NCBI GenBank assembly: GCA_031385045.1
Contig: JANNBC010000049.1
Span: 1-46,205 of the forward strand
Source: a bacterium
Lineage (GTDB): Bacteria; Bdellovibrionota_C; UBA2361; CALJRW01
DNA: 46,205 bases
Direction: 5' to 3'
The notes beneath the pieces were generated by a model. It made no database searches. It saw only the letters and a program-made list of their open reading frames with translations, and was not told where the DNA came from. Shown here one piece after another: positions 40,064 to 46,205 of this stretch. A program made the translations under genes and the position numbers. How positions within the stretch are numbered: the first letter of the stretch is position 1; the number at the start of each line of letters is the position of its first letter.

Positions 40064-41068
40064 CTAGGAAATATTTGATAATGAATCATAATATTCAAAA
40101 GCTAATTGAAGTTTATTAGCACAATCAAATATTTCACTTAAACGAACATGCTCATTCTCAGTATGAGCATCATTAATTGTCCCTGGCCCAATCATAATCA
40201 CAGTATATAACTTTGAAAAAGCAAAACAATCAGAACAAAAATCTACATCAGTCCCAATATACCCTTTGGGCACAGAAAAGTTTAAAGGTGGAATTGATTG
40301 CGAAACGACAACCAAGCCAGATTGATTTAAGATATCTTCTATTTGCTGAATGACTTGCTCCGGTGCAATCTTTGTTCGAATACATAACCAAGCCTTACAA
40401 TTAGGAGATTGAACATTAGGAGCTAATCCCCCCTCAATCTTCCCTACATTGATATAGAAATCTGAATTTTTTTCAACGGCAACTAGTAAATGATTTAACT
40501 GACCAATCATTTGATGAATGGCACTATGATTAATCCGAGTGCAGGAATGTCTGGACTCCGCTTGAATCTCAAAAAGCACCTCAATTACACCCTTACTGGA
40601 ACTTACAAATTGGCATTCAGTAGGCTCTCCGTTGATCAGATATTTTGCATTGATCGGATTATTATCCATATAATGCTGCGAGCCAATACCATCAACTTCT
40701 TCCCCAATTACATAAACAAAGCCTAAATCCTTAGCACCCGCTCGAGATAAATCATAGATTGCTGACAGTTGTGTTATTATCTGCCCCTTGGCATCGCATG
40801 ATCCCCGACCATAAATTAAATCTGATTCAACACGAACTTCAGGACCACCGGGAACAGTATCAAAATGAGAACTAAAAATAACTTTTGGGTTACCTAATTT
40901 TCCAATTACATTAAAACGATTTTTATCGATCTCTTGAAGTGAAAGCGAGAAGTCCGGGAAAAATCTCTTAATCATGTCAACTAAATAGATACCAGCGCGG
41001 TACTCATTCCCAGTGAATGATTCAACCTTTAAAAAATTTAATAAATTATTTTGAAGATCTGGTAACAT
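40064..41068 (-). CDS. M20-family metallo-amidohydrolase (ArgE/DapE-like)
   Basis: SHFDTV, GRGSCDAKG, GEE, GEPT, N.G.IEGG.APN, AHTENE. Confidence 0.9.
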   Translation of the reverse strand: MLPDLQNNLLNFLKVESFTGNEYRAGIYLVDMIKRFFPDFSLSLQEIDKNRFNVIGKLGNPKVIFSSHFDTVPGGPEVRVESDLIYGRGSCDAKGQIITQLSAIYDLSRAGAKDLGFVYVIGEEVDGIGSQHYMDNNPINAKYLINGEPTECQFVSSSKGVIEVLFEIQAESRHSCTRINHSAIHQMIGQLNHLLVAVEKNSDFYINVGKIEGGLAPNVQSPNCKAWLCIRTKIAPEQVIQQIEDILNQSGLVVVSQSIPPLNFSVPKGYIGTDVDFCSDCFAFSKLYTVIMIGPGTINDAHTENEHVRLSEIFDCANKLQLAFEYYDSLSNIS

Positions 41069-42713
41069 TTGATTTAATTAAAAAATTATTGATTACCAAG
41101 TAATTTAAAGGTGATTTTAAAAAACATTGGATCGCCTCCATTGGAGTTTCGACAATCGGCTCGCCTTGACCATTCATTGATGTATTTAAAATTATAGGTA
41201 CATTTGTTAACTCATTAATTGTAAATATCAGCTTATAAATTTTAGGATTATCAATTCTATTAATAGTTTGCAATCTAGCTGTTTGATCACAATGTACAAT
41301 AGCAGGTGCTTGCTCTAGAGTTCTAGATTTAACTTTGGGTGATAATAACATGAAGGGAGATGTTTGATTTAATTCAAAAAAATCCTGGGCAAACTCTTCT
41401 AGAACCATCGGTGCCAGCGGCCTAAAAGATTCTCGAAACTTAACAGAGGAATTAATAAAATCCTTGGTTGAGACTTGGACTGGGCTTGCAAGGATACTTC
41501 GATGCCCCAGTGCTCGTGGTCCAATCTCAGCCCCACCATTAAACCACATCACAATTTCTCCCGCAGCTATTAATTCCGCTACATCCTTAATTAATTTATC
41601 CTCACTTAAACTTTGGAAAGTAAGATTTTGTTCTGATTGTCTTAGGGAATTAGTAATTTCTAAATCGCTATAAGATCTTCCCCAAAAGGCATGTTTAATT
41701 TCCTGCCGAGGAAAATCATAGATCTGATGTGACAAATAATATCCTGCCCCAAAAGCAATACCATTATCTCCTGCTGCCGGAAAAACAAAAACTTTCTTAA
41801 AATTCGTTGCCTCCAAAATCTTGGCATTAGCAACACAATTTAAAGCAACACCTCCAGCTAAACATATTGTTTCCGTCGGGTATAACTTATATAAACATTG
41901 GCAATAATAAAAAATAATCTCCTCTAAAACTTTTTGGAAAGAAGAAGCAATATTTGCCGACTCCTCAAACTCTCCGCCACAAGACTTTAAATGCTTTAAT
42001 GATTCCCAGAGTAATCCATTCTTGATTAAGACCGCATTCTCTCTAAATTGTACATGTTTTAAAATTTGCTCCCGATAGATTGGCTGACCATAGCCAGCAA
42101 GCCCCATCGTCTTACCTTCTTCTAATACTCCAAAACCAGATAATAGGGTTCCAATCCGATAGAAAACTCCTAAAGAATTCTGCATATCAAAATATGAACT
42201 TACTTTACCTGTAATCACTTTTGTATCTACAATTTTATTCTTTAATCCGTAGCCTAATAAAACAGTTTCATAGATATTTTGATCTACTGAATCTCCGTAG
42301 CCATCTGTAACTAGGATCGCGGCATCTTCTGCTCCAGAGGGGAAAAATGCCGAGGCAGCGTGAGCGAGATGATGATTAATAAAAAGTGATTTTTGAGGAT
42401 AAGGTAAAAAGTTATGAAGAGAGTTACCAATTAATATTCGGTCTTGATTAATATTAACAGATGCCGCCTCCAGACAATATTTAATTAAAGGATCCAGTCT
42501 AGACTCAGATAAAGAAGCTGAGTCAGATTCCAAATTCATTTTCGCAAAAATCTCCGGATCAAATTTAGAATAATTACCAATGTCTAAACCATGCTTAACC
42601 CTTGTTAATCGCTCTTCTTCGATAGCAACTATTGGTTGACCATCTTTAAATAGACAGACCGTCCGATCATGTAAAGAATCACTAAATCCAATAAAAATAT
42701 TCTTGGTATTCAT
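41046..42713 (-). CDS. NodU/CmcH/TobZ-family carbamoyltransferase
   Basis: HD, EEERL.R.K, HHLAHAASAF, DGYG, EGKTMGLA.YG, AGGVALNC, D.G, E.GPRALG.RS, K.RE.FRP.AP, H.D.TAR.QT, LNTS.N..GEP. Confidence 0.95.
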   Translation of the reverse strand: MNTKNIFIGFSDSLHDRTVCLFKDGQPIVAIEEERLTRVKHGLDIGNYSKFDPEIFAKMNLESDSASLSESRLDPLIKYCLEAASVNINQDRILIGNSLHNFLPYPQKSLFINHHLAHAASAFFPSGAEDAAILVTDGYGDSVDQNIYETVLLGYGLKNKIVDTKVITGKVSSYFDMQNSLGVFYRIGTLLSGFGVLEEGKTMGLAGYGQPIYREQILKHVQFRENAVLIKNGLLWESLKHLKSCGGEFEESANIASSFQKVLEEIIFYYCQCLYKLYPTETICLAGGVALNCVANAKILEATNFKKVFVFPAAGDNGIAFGAGYYLSHQIYDFPRQEIKHAFWGRSYSDLEITNSLRQSEQNLTFQSLSEDKLIKDVAELIAAGEIVMWFNGGAEIGPRALGHRSILASPVQVSTKDFINSSVKFRESFRPLAPMVLEEFAQDFFELNQTSPFMLLSPKVKSRTLEQAPAIVHCDQTARLQTINRIDNPKIYKLIFTINELTNVPIILNTSMNGQGEPIVETPMEAIQCFLKSPLNYLVINNFLIKSNVTRSSK

Positions 42714-43741
42714 TAATAGTAAGATATTAGATAGGGGTTATCAGGGAGTAAAAATTGACTTGGTGGCTCCTTGGTAAGAACAGCTGTCCGACTAAGTAAT
42801 CTATCAGTGCCATCATACCTTGGAGTAAAGCTAGTTCTAGCATGGACTGAATTACTATTATTAATTAGTAGTAGATCGCCAACCTGCAAGGTTAATTCGA
42901 AGGCATTATCATTGAGATGTTGGTGTAATATTTTTAATGCATTAAAGGCTTCTAGATTATGAACTTTAGTAAATAGCGGATCAAATCTCATTTTAATTCT
43001 ATCAGGATTTGATAAGTCTAAGACAGGAAATGTTATGCCAGAACTAATGTTATCGACTGAGGAGTCCGGTAACATTGTATAATGGTTTCCTTCCAGTATA
43101 CTAATTATTTCTCGATCAATTTTAGAAAGATCTATTGTGCTTAACAGTGTCTTAGCCCGATCGTCCCCTCTAACACAAAATAATTCAATCCAATCACAAT
43201 TCACAGGAGAATGGGCATCCTCTGAATGCCAAAGTAAATCTACCGAGTTAGTTCCAACCTGTTCTGTGGATGTCTCAATTTTAGGAGTTAAGGTTTGAAT
43301 GACTGCACCATTGCGTTGACCAATATAACCATAAGGCCGACCAATTGTTAGTGCCATTGAAAAGACAATTAAATTACTTAATTGCATCAATTCTTTTTCC
43401 GTCCCTATTCCCTGACCAAAACCCCTAATTAAAAAGAAACCACTTTCCTTTTGTGATGTAGCTTTTTTGCCCAGAGTATCAATAACATTTAGGAAGTCTG
43501 ACATTTTTGAAAAAAGAAGATTTTCTAATAATTTTAGATCTTTAGAATTATTATAATCAATATCTAATGAAACCAGAGATAAGGCATTATTGATAATGGC
43601 AATCTCTGCTGAGCTAAGAATATATAATGAGCTACTGAATTTTTTTAAGATATCGTTTTGAGCAGTGAATGTATCAGGCAAATATGGGATGAAAGAATAA
43701 GTACTTCCCTGAATTTCACCAAACTTAGAAGTGGAAATCAT
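42713..43741 (-). CDS. Clavaminate synthase-like Fe(II)/2-oxoglutarate dioxygenase (VioC/AsnO/KDO type)
   Basis: LLWHSEDAH (HxE), L.GD.L.I.N...VHAR..F.PRYDG.DR.L.R. Confidence 0.9.
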   Translation of the reverse strand: MISTSKFGEIQGSTYSFIPYLPDTFTAQNDILKKFSSSLYILSSAEIAIINNALSLVSLDIDYNNSKDLKLLENLLFSKMSDFLNVIDTLGKKATSQKESGFFLIRGFGQGIGTEKELMQLSNLIVFSMALTIGRPYGYIGQRNGAVIQTLTPKIETSTEQVGTNSVDLLWHSEDAHSPVNCDWIELFCVRGDDRAKTLLSTIDLSKIDREIISILEGNHYTMLPDSSVDNISSGITFPVLDLSNPDRIKMRFDPLFTKVHNLEAFNALKILHQHLNDNAFELTLQVGDLLLINNSNSVHARTSFTPRYDGTDRLLSRTAVLTKEPPSQFLLPDNPYLISYY

Positions 43742-43874
43742 TGTCCTGTGAATATATTAATTATTAGGATCTAAAGTCAATAAAAATCTTTATGTTCCTT
43801 TTTTGCAACAAATACCTAACTTATTTGGTTATTAGTGAAAAAATGACATCTGAAAGGAGCAAACAAGTTGGAAT

Positions 43875-44112
43875 TTAAAAACTATCGAATTATTTGCGGG
43901 TCATCTTTGCTTGGGCATATCACTTCGCTAGTTTTCATCTGTTGTAAAAAAACGTCATTTCTTGACTCTCAGTGAGCTGAAAAATTAGATGTTTTATGAG
44001 TAGAAAATAAAAAATTTAAGGCCATCAAGTATTTTTTATTGCGGATCACCATTTATTACTGTGACCTAGATCTGCTTTTTCATTGGAGTTGGCAACTCTG
44101 GGTCTGCCATGC
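43875..44112 (+). pseudogene. Possible eroded remnant of a C5 DNA-cytosine methyltransferase
   Basis: LKTIELFAG.LCLGI (motif I-like) at 43875-43919, interrupted by stops; GLPC (motif IV-like) at 44101-44112 in another frame. Confidence 0.3.
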
Positions 44113-44276
44113 ATATGATTGAAAAAATAAAAGCTACGAGAATCTACCATTTTTACTGATTCTAAACTCTGCGGCTACTTTAATCGTTAAAAGCAATCAA
44201 CAAAGAGTCAAGTAATTCCTATTTAAAACAAAGACTGATAATTATATTTTCATTTTTAAATTATGTGATCTGATTT

Positions 44277-44816
44277 TTATTTTGTTAGTGCATAACACAT
44301 AGAATCTCTTGGAATCTTAGGATCTATATTTGGTCGAACCTTCCATCGTTTTAAAATACCTTCGAATTTTAATCCAATTTTTTCAAGAACTTTTGCTGAG
44401 GATTGATGCTCAGAATCACAGACTGTCCAAACACGATAAATTTCTGGATTAGAAATAGCTAAATCCACTATTGCAGAAGCAGCTTCTGTGGCAAAGCCAT
44501 TACCCCAATATTTTTTTGCAACGGCAAAACCAATTGTAGCAGAACAATTATTGGGAATTAACGAAACAACTCCAACAGGTAGATTCTCAGTTTTTGAGAT
44601 AATTAAATATTCAAACCACTCACCCAATTCCCATGACTTTTCGGCTTCAGATAAATATTGGATTGTGTCTTCCAGTGTTTTTGGCGGAAGCCAAGCCACA
44701 TAACGATTAATTTCTGGATCAGTTGAATAACTAAAAACAAAATCTGCGTCTTCTTTTTTAATACGGCGCAATACTAACCTAGTGGTAGAAATTTCAGAAG
44801 GAAATATTTTACTCAT
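44277..44816 (-). CDS. RimJ/RimL-family GNAT acetyltransferase
   Basis: T.RL.LR....D, IG......WGNGFATEA, S.KVLEKIG..FEG..R. Confidence 0.9.
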   Translation of the reverse strand: MSKIFPSEISTTRLVLRRIKKEDADFVFSYSTDPEINRYVAWLPPKTLEDTIQYLSEAEKSWELGEWFEYLIISKTENLPVGVVSLIPNNCSATIGFAVAKKYWGNGFATEAASAIVDLAISNPEIYRVWTVCDSEHQSSAKVLEKIGLKFEGILKRWKVRPNIDPKIPRDSMCYALTK

Positions 44817-45270
44817 TAGATTTACTGATATTTCAAATTAATCCTAAACATACATAAGTGTTAAACGGAAATGAATTCCTATTATAAAACCACTGTTCAC
44901 ATAAACATACTAGCACTATTTAAACCTTAAAAAATAGAAACCTTTAAGTAGTAGTGCATTTTATGTGATTTGTTGTTTGTTATTCAAGTAACATCACAGA
45001 ATCTAAATAAGTATCCATTAGGGTCTTAAACAAAAAATTGCAAAAGCCAGCAATTTAGCTAAGCTTTTTTAATAGCTTAGATACGCTAGGCAAGGATTTT
45101 TTTCAGAAAAACATACCATTATTTGTTAAATAATATCATCTTTGGACTAACCCCACCCTTTTTCGCCAGAATAAGTACTTCAGTCTACAATCTTATTGCA
45201 AAAATTCGGAAACACGAAGACAACCCCGATAGCAAAACAATCGATATATTATAAAAACCCCTTCAGGAAA

Positions 45271-45306
45271 TATGTACTTTACAACATATGCACCATGAGT
45301 CATAAT
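45271..45306 (+). promoter_or_regulatory. TA promoter with two tandem TATG-N10-CATA operators
   Basis: TATG-tactttacaa-CATA (45271-45288) and TATG-caccatgagt-CATA (45287-45304) overlap TTTACA-N17-CATAAT. Confidence 0.65.
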
Positions 45307-45654
45307 GTAAATAAGCAGATAAATTGGGATATTATATTTCACCCTGATTTTAAGAGTGAATTTGATAACTTTGAATCTGACTTACAAGATGAACTAATTT
45401 CCCATTTATTAGTTCTCAAAGTTTTTGGTCCTAATTTGGGGCGTCCCCTTGTAGATACTCTAAAAGGTTCTAAATTTAAGTTGATCAAAGAACTAAGGTT
45501 TAATTATTTAAACACAGTCTGGAGATTTTTGTTTGCCTTTGATCCGAAAAGACAAGCAATCATTTTGGTAGGTGGAAATAAAAAAGGTAAAAATCAAAAG
45601 GATTTTTATAAATCTTTGATTAAATTAGCAGATCTGAGATTTAACGAACATTAA
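45295..45654 (+). CDS. RelE/ParE/HigB-like (Gp49/DUF891-type) toxin
   Basis: W...FH..F..EF, L...GP.LGRP.VDTLKGS, KELR, WR..FAFDP.RQAI.LVGG.K; start uncertain (ATG 45295 or ATA 45319). Confidence 0.88.
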   Translation: MSHNVNKQINWDIIFHPDFKSEFDNFESDLQDELISHLLVLKVFGPNLGRPLVDTLKGSKFKLIKELRFNYLNTVWRFLFAFDPKRQAIILVGGNKKGKNQKDFYKSLIKLADLRFNEH

Positions 45655-45670
45655 AAAGCGCTGAATTAAA

Positions 45671-45982
45671 ATGAATACAACTAAGTTAGATAAAATCATC
45701 AAAACGCTTCCTAAAAACCGCCAGAGAAAAATTAAAGCTCGAGCTGTTCAGCTCATTCAAACAGAAATGTCGATGCAAGAAATTCGAAAAACAACTAATA
45801 TTACGCAAGAAGAACTAGCCCTAAAGCTCGGAATTGGACAAGATAATATTTCTAGGATTGAAAATCGACTGGATATCAAACTGTCCACCTTAAATAATTA
45901 TATTAAAGCACTTGGTGGAAAGTTAAGAATTGTGATTGAAATGCCAGGAGATCAAAAAATTAATCTTTTATTGTCTAAATAA
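45671..45982 (+). CDS. XRE-family HTH antitoxin (HigA-like)
   Basis: EIRK...ITQEELA..LGI.Q..ISRIE.R.D.KLSTL..Y..ALGG.L; follows the toxin. Confidence 0.9.
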   Translation: MNTTKLDKIIKTLPKNRQRKIKARAVQLIQTEMSMQEIRKTTNITQEELALKLGIGQDNISRIENRLDIKLSTLNNYIKALGGKLRIVIEMPGDQKINLLLSK

Positions 45983-46057
45983 TTAATTACTATCTTAGTG
46001 GCTGCTAGGTATACTTTACAAAGTTACGGGGGAATGAAATCTGATTGAATCCATACA

Positions 46058-46085
46058 ATCCACCTACGCTAAAGCTTCGGCGGAT
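46058..46085. repeat. REP-like branched palindrome
   Basis: ATCCACC-tac-GCT-aa-AGC-ttc-GGCGGAT. Confidence 0.5.
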
Positions 46086-46124
46086 ACTTTTTACTATGTA
46101 TTTTTTACTTTTAAGAAAAAAGTA

Positions 46125-46178
46125 TGCGAGAGGCGGGAATCGAACCCGCACGAGGTTGCCCTCACAGGATTTTAAGTC
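46125..46178 (-). tRNA. 3' half of tRNA-Leu(TAA); truncated, probable att-site duplication
   Basis: GACTTAAAATCCTG-TGAGGGCAACCTCGT-GCGGGTTCGATTCCCGC-CTCTCGC-A; the 27 nt upstream are AT-rich and form no D-arm or 5' anticodon stem. Confidence 0.8.
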
Positions 46179-46205
46179 TGAACTAAGCAATTTTTGACAA
46201 AAATT

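Noticed and set aside
37737..42713. Standard arginine biosynthesis operon (argA/argE/argF/argS)
   Set aside because: The carbamoyltransferase is NodU/CmcH-type rather than OTCase, the GNAT is ElaA-like, and argB/C/D/G/H are absent.
940..44703. Short shadow ORFs (940, 5558, 10285, 11089, 12390, 13535, 13766, 16967, 19515, 21712, 22227, 27401, 28316, 28428, 31953, 32242, 33845, 34179, 34464, 37142, 38435, 40511, 41464, 42771, 44488)
   Set aside because: Each overlaps a better-supported gene in another frame or strand and has no recognisable motif.
45196..45294. Extended toxin N-terminus from TTG 45196
   Set aside because: It spans the promoter/operator region and precedes the family-like sequence.
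46005..46190. 61-aa ORF
   Set aside because: Reads through the tRNA fragment and REP-like element; the peptide is typical of translated repeats.

Overview
AT-rich bacterial chromosome segment. Gene order and content (tilS-ftsH-cdaA-cdaR-glmM, secG-tRNA-Leu, CpaE-like ATPase, Flp pilin, secreted trypsin) suggest a deltaproteobacterial-type lineage (Bdellovibrionota/Myxococcota-like); this is inference from synteny and motifs only. About 50 CDSs, mostly housekeeping (guaA, cysE, mnmA, cysteine desulfurase, tsaE, glmM, ftsH, tilS, rluD, secG, mrp, purN, ettA, ppa). Main points of interest: (1) A reduced type III export-gate operon (SctI-like, SctR/S/T/U). SctU/FlhB ends at the position of the NPTH autocleavage site, and its C-terminal domain is a separate gene, with a 1022-aa hybrid sensor kinase between the halves. 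(2) A tightly coupled four-gene operon: clavaminate-synthase-like Fe/2OG hydroxylase, NodU/CmcH carbamoyltransferase, M20/ArgE-like hydrolase and a GNAT::arginyl-tRNA synthetase fusion, a candidate uncharacterised amino-acid-analogue pathway. (3) A tRNA-Leu with the rare AAG (A34) anticodon, followed by a covarying tandem hairpin array. (4) A RelE/HigBA-like toxin-antitoxin pair with tandem operators next to a 3' half of tRNA-Leu(TAA), a probable att site at the window edge. All calls come from reading motifs; no database searches were run.
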